From: Chthonomonadales bacterium
Lineage (GTDB): Bacteria > Armatimonadota > Chthonomonadetes > Chthonomonadales > Chthonomonadaceae
DNA: 30,543 nt
Assembly: GCA_038217285.1 (NCBI GenBank)
Contig: JBBQPO010000036.1
Span: forward strand, 1-30,543
Direction of reading: 5' to 3'
Shown: piece after piece, positions 19,305-27,841 of the stretch
How the letters are laid out: each line of letters begins with the position of its first letter
Position numbering within the stretch: position 1 is the stretch's first letter
Translations under genes and position numbers: made by a program
Notes under the pieces: model-generated
Databases searched by the model: none
The model's input: only the letters and a program-made list of their open reading frames with translations
What the model was told of the DNA's origin: nothing

Positions 19305-19342
19305 TGTGATGCAGATCACAAAACAGCGTGATTCGCATCACA
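19305..19342. promoter_or_regulatory. Tandem CRP/FNR-family operator boxes
   Basis: TGTGA-TGCAGA-TCACA (19305-19320, perfect consensus) and CGTGA-TTCGCA-TCACA (19327-19342), 22 bp apart centre to centre. Confidence 0.65.
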
Positions 19343-19439
19343 GACTGCTTGCCTGCCGCCGCGTTACCCTATGTCTGTTCGCGACGCTCATGGACGCGAC
19401 GCTTACATTTCGGGACAACCCGGCAGGAGGACTAAAGGA

Positions 19440-19622
19440 ATGACAGTAGGGAACACAAACGCGCTGTGGCGCAATGTCGTGACACTTATGGGCGCAGGAG
19501 TTGCCGTGGGCCTGAGAGTACCGGCGCCGGCCGCGCCTCCGACCTATCATCTGGTCGATCTCGGCACACTGGGCGGGCAGAACAGTCGCGGTCAGGCCAT
19601 CAACCGGAATTCCACTGCCTAA
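19440..19622 (+). pseudogene. Truncated extracellular HAF-repeat protein
   Basis: RBS-like AGGAGG, signal-like N-terminus, then YHLVDLGTLGGQNSRGQAIN (first HAF repeat) and a stop four codons later. Confidence 0.7.
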
Positions 19623-20058
19623 TTGGTCGGACGCAATCCGTTCGCACTTTCCCCGGCAATGAATTGCCGTTCCGATATGGGAAGTCGCCCTTCGGGCACC
19701 CCAAATGCTGAAGCAGAGGAGATTCCCAATGCAATGCTTCCGCAGATTGCATTTCTTCTGCACGAAGCGTTTCAGAGGGGGGTTTTAACCCGTTGAGCCG
19801 AGATTACGAAGGAACTCCGTCCGGCTGCTTATTACCTTTTCAAGGCAGGAAGCTTGGATGGAGTTTCCTGAGTTTCATCCGTGCTTGCTCGGTTGTAAGA
19901 ACCCATACCTGGAGTAGGAACATTTGGCGGACAGAACGAGTGTATGAAAAGCTCTTTTGTATACGGTGTGTATACGGCCGACGTGTAGACTGTAAATAGA
20001 AGGGCAGCAAAAGCGTATCCCACCGCTCCCTTCCTCCACCTGACAAAGGACCTGAATT

Positions 20059-20782
20059 ATGATGTTCCCTATTATTAAAGCTTCGCGCACGCGCCTCTCG
20101 CTGAGTGCGCTCTCCGCACCGCTTGCGATAGGAGCAGTGTTGTTGAACTTCTGTGGCGTGGCAGGCGCGCAAACGCTCTCCGCTCCCTACTCCTCGAACT
20201 ATTCCGTCGGGTTCAATGGCAGCATCAGCGGTGTCACTTTCCCTACAGGCGGGCTGATCTTTGAGCAGAACGATCCCAACACGCTGCTCATCATGGGCTT
20301 GGCCGCCAACAGCGGCGGTACTATGGCAATTCCCAAGAATTACCGCTCCACATTCGGGCCACTTCTGACCCCAGCCGAGGCAGAATTGTGGAGCGATAGT
20401 AGTTTGGCGGCTCCTATCTATTCTGTGCCGGTCATTCGGGGCGCAGGAAGCCATATCACCGGTTTTGGAGCGGCGGTTCTTTTCGCAACTGCCCCCAACA
20501 ATGACGGCGGCCTCGTCTATGCTCCCAATGGCGATCTACTCTTTACAATCTATCCCAGCAAGCAGACAAGACTTCGTTACGGGTCTCGGAAGACCGGAAG
20601 GCAGCACTATCGATCCCACTACGGGCGACTTCGTCTTCTCTAACAATAACATTAATGGCACATTCACCGTTATCCAGGGCTTCACCAGCCAGGCCACTAC
20701 GACCCCGGAACCAGGTAGCATCGCTCTGCTTGTCGGTATGGGTCTCTCCGGAAGCCTGTTCCTCAAGCGACGTCGGAAGTAA
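20059..20782 (+). pseudogene. Frameshifted PEP-CTERM surface protein (beta-propeller-like)
   Basis: Signal peptide and body lie in the 20059 frame up to ..LLFTIYPS. The C-terminal part (FVTGLGRPEGSTIDPTTGDFVFS...TPEPGSIALLVGMGLSGSLFLKRRRK) is in another frame. The switch is at AGCAAGCA, 20557-20564. Confidence 0.8.
20321..20417. mobile_element. Candidate 93-bp MITE-like in-frame insertion
   Basis: Flanked by CTAT direct repeats (20321-20324 and 20414-20417) with an internal inverted repeat CGCTCCACA/TGTGGAGCG. Removal gives S-G-G-T-I-Y-S-V-P-V. Confidence 0.55.
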
Positions 20783-20860
20783 GCCGCAGGCGTTCCTGTA
20801 AGCTCTGAATGCAGACAACCAAAACAATTCTATCCGACAGCTTTCTTAAAGGAAACTAAA

Positions 20861-21625
20861 ATGAAATTCAATACGGGTCTTAGACTGTCAGTTGTGCTAG
20901 GAACTCTCGCGCTTGCTGGACCGGTTCTTCTCGGCAGTGCGGCTTCGGCGCAAACTCTGATCCACCGCTATACCTTCAACGGGGACGCTTCCGACTCGGT
21001 CGGCAGTGCCAACGGCACGCTCAACAGTGGTGCGGTCGCCAATGGGGGTAACCTGACACTAGATGGGGTTGCCGCCAATGTAAGCTTCACCCAGCATATC
21101 GTTCCCACCTCCAGCGCCTATTCTGTCGCATTTTTCGCCCGACAGAGCGCCCTGGAGGGGCACTATATCGAATGGATTTCGCAGGGAATTTCCGTTGGGC
21201 CAGGGTTCTACGTCGGCTATGATCCCGGCGGCCAGATCCGTGCTACCGATTCGTGGCCCGCGACAGGGAAAACCTTTACGGCCAATGGAGCCTTTCAGCA
21301 TATCGCTCTTGTGACCACCGGCACAGCGTCCAGCCTGTATGTCAACGGGACGCTTGCGGCCTCGCTCGCCAGTGGGCTAAATACGACTGCTGGCGGCGAC
21401 GATACACGCTTTGGTACGCAGTTCAGCGGAATCTCAGAATTTTTCCAGGGCGACATACGGGATATGCGAATTTATACAGGCGCGCTTTCCGCCCAGCAGG
21501 TAGCCGTGCTTGCCTCCACGCCGGAACCCGGCATGATGGCTCTCCTCAGCGCCCTGAGCATGACAGGAGCCGGGTTTGCCATGCGCCGCAAACGTAACTG
21601 TCGGACATCGGTCAATTCTGGCTGA
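20861..21625 (+). CDS. LamG-like jellyroll PEP-CTERM protein
   Basis: Signal peptide, LIHRYTFNGDASDSVG, FQHIALV...LYVNG, FQGDIRDMRIY.GALS.QQV, and TPEPG-TM-RRKR. Confidence 0.9.
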   Translation: MKFNTGLRLSVVLGTLALAGPVLLGSAASAQTLIHRYTFNGDASDSVGSANGTLNSGAVANGGNLTLDGVAANVSFTQHIVPTSSAYSVAFFARQSALEGHYIEWISQGISVGPGFYVGYDPGGQIRATDSWPATGKTFTANGAFQHIALVTTGTASSLYVNGTLAASLASGLNTTAGGDDTRFGTQFSGISEFFQGDIRDMRIYTGALSAQQVAVLASTPEPGMMALLSALSMTGAGFAMRRKRNCRTSVNSG

Positions 21626-21891
21626 TCGCAAAGCAAGCTTTCTTCCCACCAGGACCAGGCGCGGAATTTCCCCTGGCCCTTGAAACATGTACGCCGTCCT
21701 TGCTTTTTTGAGGTAATGGCCTTCCGTGAGACTTCTCTCCTCCCCTGCATCGCCCTATCTTCCTTCTGTGACGATAGGGCGGTGCTGCTGCGTAATCCCT
21801 GGTAACCCTCACGGCAGCGCCTCGCGCGCAGAAAGCGCATAAGCGGTATAATGATAGACGACGACTACGAAACTTTAACGGAGTAGGCCTG

Positions 21892-22572
21892 ATGCGGATT
21901 CTTGTGGTGGAAGATGAGAAGAAGGTTGCCAGCTTCCTGAAGCAGGGACTGGAACAGTCGTCCTACACGGTGGACGTGGTCCATACCGGGGAGGACGCCA
22001 TCGACTACGCGCTGGCCAACGAATACGCGGCAATCGTCCTCGACATCATGCTGCCGGGCCGGGACGGGCTCTCGGTAGTGCGGGAGCTGCGGACGCGTAA
22101 AATCGGGTTTCCGGTGCTGGCGCTGACGGCCCGGAATGCACTGGAAGACCGGGTACAGGGGCTTGACAGCGGATGCGACGACTATCTGCCGAAACCCTTT
22201 GCGTTCGATGAACTGCTGGCGCGCCTGCGGGCGTTGCTGCGCCGGAATACCGGCGAGGGCCGACTGCCACGGCTGGAGTTCTCGGGGCTCTCCATCGATC
22301 CGGCCACCCGCGCCGTGCAGCGAGACGGACGAGCGATCGAGCTTACCAACAAAGAGTATTCCTTACTCGAACTGTTGTTACGGCATCCGGCGCAGGTATT
22401 TACGCGCACCGCGATTCTGGAGAGCGTTTGGGGCTACGATTTCGATGCGGGGAGCAATGTGCTGGAGGTCTATATGAACTTCCTGCGTAAGAAAGTGGAC
22501 GCCAACGGCGCAAAGAAGCTGCTTCACACGGTGCGGGGCGTCGGCTATGTCTTACGCGAAGAGCCGGAGTGA
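21892..22572 (+). CDS. OmpR-family response regulator (CusR/CzcR-like)
   Basis: MRILVVEDE, LDIMLPG, GLDSGCDDYLPKPF, LTNKEY.LL and SNVLEVY...LRKK..LHTVRGVGY. Confidence 0.95.
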   Translation: MRILVVEDEKKVASFLKQGLEQSSYTVDVVHTGEDAIDYALANEYAAIVLDIMLPGRDGLSVVRELRTRKIGFPVLALTARNALEDRVQGLDSGCDDYLPKPFAFDELLARLRALLRRNTGEGRLPRLEFSGLSIDPATRAVQRDGRAIELTNKEYSLLELLLRHPAQVFTRTAILESVWGYDFDAGSNVLEVYMNFLRKKVDANGAKKLLHTVRGVGYVLREEPE

Positions 22573-22576
22573 GGCC

Positions 22577-24091
22577 GTGATTCGCGGGCAGACGGCAGAG
22601 AGGGAGACAGGGGAAGCGCCAGAGAAGAGACGAGGCGCGTTTTCCTGGATGCGACCGCGCAGCCTGCGGGCGCAACTGGCGCTCTGGCACGGCGTCCTGC
22701 TGGCCCTAACGTTGCTGCTCCTGGCTGCCTTCACCTATTTGCTGCTGCGCGAGTATCTCAATCATAGCGCGGACGCGGCGCTTACCGAGTTCGCTGAGAC
22801 GACTGGCAAAGACATCGCCGCCGCCGTCTACCACTACCATACGCTCCACCCCGGTCAGCCGCTCGCTCCCGATGCAGAACGCCGCTTCATCGACAACAAC
22901 GATCTCCAGTCCTGGGGCCGCTATGTGCAGGTGATCGATCCTGACGGACACGCGGTCGCCTTCTCCGACGCTCTCCGCACGAACAAACTTCCGGTTCCCT
23001 CGGAGACACTGCTGGCCTGCCGTATGACCGGGAAGCCCGTCTTCGACACCGTGACGACGCTGGGGCAGTACCCTGTGCGGATGGTGACCCTGCCAGTACA
23101 ACTGGGCAGCCGCATCCCCTATCTGGTGCAGGTCGGCGCCTCTGTCGAAGGGGTCGAAGGTGCGCTGCAACGGGCTCTGTTTATTCTGCTGGTGCTGACG
23201 CCCGCTATCTTTGTGATCGCCCTGCTCGGCGGTTGGGCGCTGGTGGGCCGCTCGCTGCGCCCGGTGGACGAGATGACCCGCGCGGCCCTCCGCATCGAAA
23301 GCAAGCGGCTCGATATGCGCATATCCCCGTTGCGCTCCGACAACGAGATCGGTCGCCTCGCCGCCGCGCTCAACGAGATGATCGCCCGTCTTGATCGCAG
23401 CTTCCAGCAGATCGAACGCTTCACCGCCGACGCTTCGCACGAACTCAAAACGCCGCTGACCGCCATCCGGGGCGAGGCGGAAGTCGCGCTGATGTCGGCG
23501 CAGACCCCGGAGACCCGCGCGACCCTGCAGAGCATCGTCGCCGAGACGGAACGGCTCTCCTCCATCGTCAACAATCTGCTGCTGCTCTCGCGGGCGGACG
23601 CGGATCAGGTTCACCTGAACCATGAGCCGGTCGCCCTGCACGAGATCGTCCTGGCGACCTTCGAGACGCTGGAGCGGTTGGCACGGCGCAAAAATATCGC
23701 GCTCGACTTCGCCGATATGGACGAGGTCACGATCCACGGCGACGCCCTCTGGCTGCAGCAGCTCTTCACCAACCTCATTCACAACGCCATAAACTACACG
23801 CCCGAGGGAGGGCACGTCACCCTATCGCTTACGACCACCCTGTCCGGCGAACCGCAAACCTCCTGGGCCTCTTTCTCCGTGGCAGACACCGGGCCGGGTA
23901 TTCCCGCCGAGAACCTGCCGTTCCTCTTCGACCGATTCTACCGGGTCGATACCGGGCGCAGTCGGGAACAGGGCGGCAGCGGCCTCGGCCTCAATATCGC
24001 CCGTTGGGTCGCCGAATCGCACGGCGGCCGCATCACCATCTCCAGCACCGTCGGTACGGGCACGGTATTTACTGTGCTTTTGCCCATGTGA
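22577..24091 (+). CDS. HAMP-domain sensor histidine kinase (CusS/CzcS-like)
   Basis: Two TM segments, HAMP (NEIGRLAAALNEM), H-box FTADASHELKTPL, N-box NLIHNAINY, DTGPGI and GSGLGL. Start uncertain (22547, 22577 or 22649). Confidence 0.93.
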   Translation: MIRGQTAERETGEAPEKRRGAFSWMRPRSLRAQLALWHGVLLALTLLLLAAFTYLLLREYLNHSADAALTEFAETTGKDIAAAVYHYHTLHPGQPLAPDAERRFIDNNDLQSWGRYVQVIDPDGHAVAFSDALRTNKLPVPSETLLACRMTGKPVFDTVTTLGQYPVRMVTLPVQLGSRIPYLVQVGASVEGVEGALQRALFILLVLTPAIFVIALLGGWALVGRSLRPVDEMTRAALRIESKRLDMRISPLRSDNEIGRLAAALNEMIARLDRSFQQIERFTADASHELKTPLTAIRGEAEVALMSAQTPETRATLQSIVAETERLSSIVNNLLLLSRADADQVHLNHEPVALHEIVLATFETLERLARRKNIALDFADMDEVTIHGDALWLQQLFTNLIHNAINYTPEGGHVTLSLTTTLSGEPQTSWASFSVADTGPGIPAENLPFLFDRFYRVDTGRSREQGGSGLGLNIARWVAESHGGRITISSTVGTGTVFTVLLPM

Positions 24092-24160
24092 CGTACGGCC
24101 AGACTTTGCTCCACAGAGAGCGTTACGCAATGCAGATGCGTTGAGCGAAGCCCTTAACTG

Positions 24161-24349
24161 CCGCCCCTAAAGGAGCGGCCTGCTGGGGAAGGTTAAGGCC
24201 CATAAATGGGCCTGGGATGGTTGAAATGGAGAACAAATCTCTTCATCAAGATGACTGACAGCCTGTTTCTGTGCGCATTTGCTCCTGCTCACATCCGACC
24301 CAGCCCCATTTATGGGGCTTACCGCATCAGACCGCTCCTTTAGGGGCGG
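24161..24349. repeat. REPIN/MITE-like long inverted repeat built from REP palindromes
   Basis: CCGCCCCTAAAGGAGCGG (24161-24178) is the exact reverse complement of 24332-24349. The inner arms carry GCCCATAAATGGGC and GCCCCATTTATGGGGC. Confidence 0.8.
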
Positions 24350-24542
24350 GAAGCAAAGCGCAAGGAGAGAGTTCGTTGTCACAGCAAATCAAAGGGACAA
24401 GATCAGCGCTTGAAAGGGAGAATTTTCGTACAAGGTCAAGCACCCAATATATACGGTCGGATTTGGATCTCCGCGCCGACGTAGTGATAAGAAGCGGTTG
24501 TACGGCAGACGAACGGATTCGAGAAAGTCGGAGGAACCAAGA

Positions 24543-24896
24543 ATGGTCTATCTCAAAAAAATCGGGAATCTCTGGAGTGACATCCTAACTTTTGGGTGGC
24601 TTGACAGACTTTCAGTCAAGCATCCACGGCTAGCAGGAGCAATCACTGGATTTCTGTTCAGCGTCGGATTTAGCCTGTGCGCCTGGTATTTTCTGGATCC
24701 TCGCTTTGTAATATATGAGAAAACTCAATACGTGCCGATGAACTGGACGCTGCGCATCGTCTACGGAATCCTGTTTGGATTGGCGAGCCTCATTGCTGTC
24801 TACGTCATCATTGTTGTCAGGAATGATTCAATTTGGGAGACAGAAATGCCATTCTTACCTCAGTTGCTCGGTCGCCGAAAGAAACGGCGGCTATAA
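24543..24896 (+). CDS. Hypothetical 2-TM membrane protein
   Basis: GGAGG RBS, two hydrophobic helices and a basic C-terminus. Confidence 0.65.
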   Translation: MVYLKKIGNLWSDILTFGWLDRLSVKHPRLAGAITGFLFSVGFSLCAWYFLDPRFVIYEKTQYVPMNWTLRIVYGILFGLASLIAVYVIIVVRNDSIWETEMPFLPQLLGRRKKRRL

Positions 24897-24901
24897 CGGA
24901 G

Positions 24902-25183
24902 ATGGCGGCATGCGAGGACTGTCTGGTTGGGGGCAGCTACAGAAGAGGAAAGGTAGAGAGCGTTGATGAGGCACAGGGCAAGATTGTGCCGGGCGAAAAT
25001 TTGAGGCTCCTGAAGAACCACAATGGATACTGGCTCCCTGTCTATATATCTGAGGACGGTAGGAGTACAACCACAATTGAGATCAATATCAAGTCGAAGG
25101 TATTCCAGGCTACCTTTATGCTTAACGCTATCCGCGATAAGGCAGCGATATACTGTCCTGCTAAGTTTGGTGGGCTGAGTTGA
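24902..25183 (+). CDS. Short hypothetical protein or gene fragment
   Basis: Fills the gap between two + strand genes and has a CxxC near the start. No properly spaced RBS. Confidence 0.4.
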   Translation: MAACEDCLVGGSYRRGKVESVDEAQGKIVPGENLRLLKNHNGYWLPVYISEDGRSTTTIEINIKSKVFQATFMLNAIRDKAAIYCPAKFGGLS

Positions 25184-25195
25184 AGGGAGCAGACA

Positions 25196-25816
25196 ATGAC
25201 CGAAAGCGAATATTGGATTATGGATGTCGTCCTCGAATGCCGCGATACCATCACAGCGTTGAGACCTGATGACATTGACATGTTGGAGTCGTACTACAAT
25301 CGGAAGGGGCACGGACTCTCCCACGAGCAGTTGGTAGACACCCTGGATCAGATGTTTCAGCGAGGCGACATCATCGCTGAGAAGTACGAACCGGGCGAGA
25401 CAGGGACGCCTTGTGAGCGATCTGTGTCTGGCCTGTATTGCCCATCACGCAAAGAGATCGAGGATGAACTGAGGAGCACTTCCGATGATGTTTGCGTCTA
25501 CTTTGGCCTGACTGAGCAGGGAGGCGAAAAGTGGGAAATCGTCTCGCACCCAGACTGGAATCTCTATCTCAACAGATACCGGGATCGCGACGAGCGTGAT
25601 GTCGATTGGGTCGAGATGGAGGCGAGTAATCGGCCTCTTCTGCAAGAGTTTCTGGAACGCGATCTGCAGGAAGGAAGCGTGCTCGCGGACACCATCGAAT
25701 GGGAAGAGTTCGTGCCGTGGGAAGTCAGCTACTGGAAATCGCTTCCACGGAGCTATCGCGTTCGGTACCAGGTTCGTCCCGATTTTGACATAATTGCCCA
25801 TAAAGTCCCTGCATAG
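25196..25816 (+). CDS. Acidic hypothetical protein (immunity-protein-like)
   Basis: AAGGGAG RBS, rich in D/E and W, motif YFGLTEQGGEKWE.VSHPDW..Y and YWK.LP. Confidence 0.7.
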   Translation: MTESEYWIMDVVLECRDTITALRPDDIDMLESYYNRKGHGLSHEQLVDTLDQMFQRGDIIAEKYEPGETGTPCERSVSGLYCPSRKEIEDELRSTSDDVCVYFGLTEQGGEKWEIVSHPDWNLYLNRYRDRDERDVDWVEMEASNRPLLQEFLERDLQEGSVLADTIEWEEFVPWEVSYWKSLPRSYRVRYQVRPDFDIIAHKVPA

Positions 25817-25965
25817 TACACGGATTTTCATGGCGTTCCCAATAAATAGATCCGTTTAATGTCGAACAGATCGCATGGCAGGCATATCGATCCAGTTGCT
25901 GCGCGCCGAAGCGCAACGGGCCAGTTGACTTTAGGCACCTGATCTTTGAACGAGCGTTACCGAAA

Positions 25966-27375
25966 CTACTCCGCCTCCAGTTCGCGGATGCGGCGGCGGA
26001 AGCAGAGCCAGGAGACGCTTGCGGTAACCGGGGAGGTGAGGAGGAAAGCTCCCCAGATGGTGACCAACCCTCCCCCACCCCACAAGGACAGTCCCAGCCA
26101 GACCAGGAGAACGGTGGTCCACATGCCCACTGAGCTTATCAGCAGGGGGGTGCGTGTATCGCCGGTTCCGCGCAGTGCCCCTGACTGCACTATACCCACG
26201 GCCCAGAAGGGCTGCGTCAGAGCCACCATTCGCAGGCCGGCGGCCCCGATACGCACGACATCCGGGAGGTGCGTGAAGAGACGCATGATCGGGTTGGCAA
26301 AGACGAAGATCAACGCGCCGATGGCGCTCATCCAGATCACACCCCAGTTGGTCGCGATGCCCGCGACGCCCACGCCGAGTCGGGGCCGCCGCGCTCCGAT
26401 ACTCTGCCCGACCAGCGCTGTCGCGGCCATGCCAAACCCGAAACCGGGGAGAAAAGAGAGGGAGAGCGCGGAGATGGAGATGCGCATCGCGGCGAAGGTG
26501 TCCGTGCCCTGACGCGCCACCAGAACCGTCAGCACCGTAAAGGCCGACGCCATCAGCAACTGCTCGACGGAAGCAGGAACGCCGAGTTTGAGAACCTCCC
26601 GCGCAACACTCCAGTCTGGCCGCCAGCCCCAGCGCCCGGCGATACTGACGCCGCTCCGACCCTTATAGAGCGCGTGGAGCATCAGCACCAGGGCGACAGA
26701 GCGTGCAAAGAACGTCGCCCAGGCGCTGCCCACCGCGCCGAGCGCGGGAAGGCCCCAATGCCCGTAGATCAGACCGTAGGCCAGCGCACCATTGAGCACG
26801 TTGGCAATCGCCGTCACGACCATCGGAGTGCGGGAGTCGCCTGCCCCGCGCAGCACACCACCGCCGATGATAAGCGCGACGAGCACCACCACCGTGCCCA
26901 TCGTGACCTGGAAGTAGCCGACCCCTATGCGCAGCACCTCCGGTGCCATGCCGAAAAGGCCGATGAGAGGGCGGGCCAGCCCCAGGCCGAGAGCCGCGAG
27001 TGGAACGGAGAGAAGCACGCTCCAGAGAAGGGACTGGCGGGCAAGTCGGCTCGCGCGTTTCGGTTCCTGAGCGCCCACCGCCTGCGCGACGAGAATGGAA
27101 CTGCCGATCGAGAGGGCGGAGAGCGCCGCCAGCAGAAAGAACATGATCTGCAGTCCGCTGCCGACGCCCGCAATCGCCGCCGTGCCGAGTCCGGCCACCA
27201 GCGCAGTATCGACGATACCGAGGAGCGTCTCCAGCAGATTCTCCCCGATGACCGGCCAGGCCAGCGCCAGAACCCGTCGCCGCAAAGCCGCAGGCTCTTC
27301 CGGCAAAATCGGCGTCTCGTTCTCTACATCCTCAAATAATGCCTCCGAACCTGTAAACTCATCCTGGGTGATCAT
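25966..27375 (-). CDS. MATE family efflux transporter
   Basis: LALAWPVI, VDTALVAGLG..AIAGVG, LRGAGDSRTPM, LKLGVP, GFGFGMAATALVGQSIGA and LRGTGDTRTP; 12-TM pattern. Confidence 0.95.
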   Translation of the reverse strand: MITQDEFTGSEALFEDVENETPILPEEPAALRRRVLALAWPVIGENLLETLLGIVDTALVAGLGTAAIAGVGSGLQIMFFLLAALSALSIGSSILVAQAVGAQEPKRASRLARQSLLWSVLLSVPLAALGLGLARPLIGLFGMAPEVLRIGVGYFQVTMGTVVVLVALIIGGGVLRGAGDSRTPMVVTAIANVLNGALAYGLIYGHWGLPALGAVGSAWATFFARSVALVLMLHALYKGRSGVSIAGRWGWRPDWSVAREVLKLGVPASVEQLLMASAFTVLTVLVARQGTDTFAAMRISISALSLSFLPGFGFGMAATALVGQSIGARRPRLGVGVAGIATNWGVIWMSAIGALIFVFANPIMRLFTHLPDVVRIGAAGLRMVALTQPFWAVGIVQSGALRGTGDTRTPLLISSVGMWTTVLLVWLGLSLWGGGGLVTIWGAFLLTSPVTASVSWLCFRRRIRELEAE

Positions 27376-27385
27376 TAAGGGGCGG

Positions 27386-27577
27386 TCAGCTATTGCCGGC
27401 GCGGCGCTGGAACATTCGGGTCGTCGGCTGATGGCCGGCGGCTTTCTGGTTCTGGACAGGCAGATTGTTGAGCGGCAGGGCGGCCTGCTTCTTCTCCTGA
27501 TCCTGTTTCATCTCTTCCTTGCCTTCCGGCGTACTGCGTTTGACCTGCCGTGCAAGTTTGCGTCCTGGGTTACCCAT
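27386..27577 (-). CDS. Small hydrophilic K/Q/R-rich protein (63 aa)
   Basis: Very strong RBS AAAGGAGGAGGA and TATAAT at 27603-27608 on the minus strand. Ends 10 nt before the MATE start. Confidence 0.7.
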   Translation of the reverse strand: MGNPGRKLARQVKRSTPEGKEEMKQDQEKKQAALPLNNLPVQNQKAAGHQPTTRMFQRRAGNS

Positions 27578-27772
27578 AGTTTTATCCTCCTCCTTTGCAT
27601 GGATTATACTCTATATCGCGCGAAGGGCGCACCCTGCTCAGTTTTCGAGGCGCAAACCCCGATGGAAAAGGCGTTACCGGAGCGTCTTTTCCGTGTCTCA
27701 TAGAGGGAAGGACGCCTGAAAAAAGAAAAAGCGACCGAGTGGCATGACTTCCTTTCTTTCGAGGCGTATACC

Positions 27773-27781
27773 TGATATAAT
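27773..27781 (+). promoter_or_regulatory. Extended -10 promoter for the DUF1592/DUF1552 operon
   Basis: TGaTATAAT about 60 nt upstream of ATG 27842. Confidence 0.55.
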
Positions 27782-27841
27782 ACCTGAAGAGTAATGTTCG
27801 TTAGGGCGCGTTCGCGCCTGAATTTAAACCTGAATAGAATT

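Noticed and set aside
19958-19977. TGTATACGG direct repeat with an 11-bp period upstream of the PEP-CTERM gene
   Set aside because: Only two short copies. It could be an operator but has no independent support.
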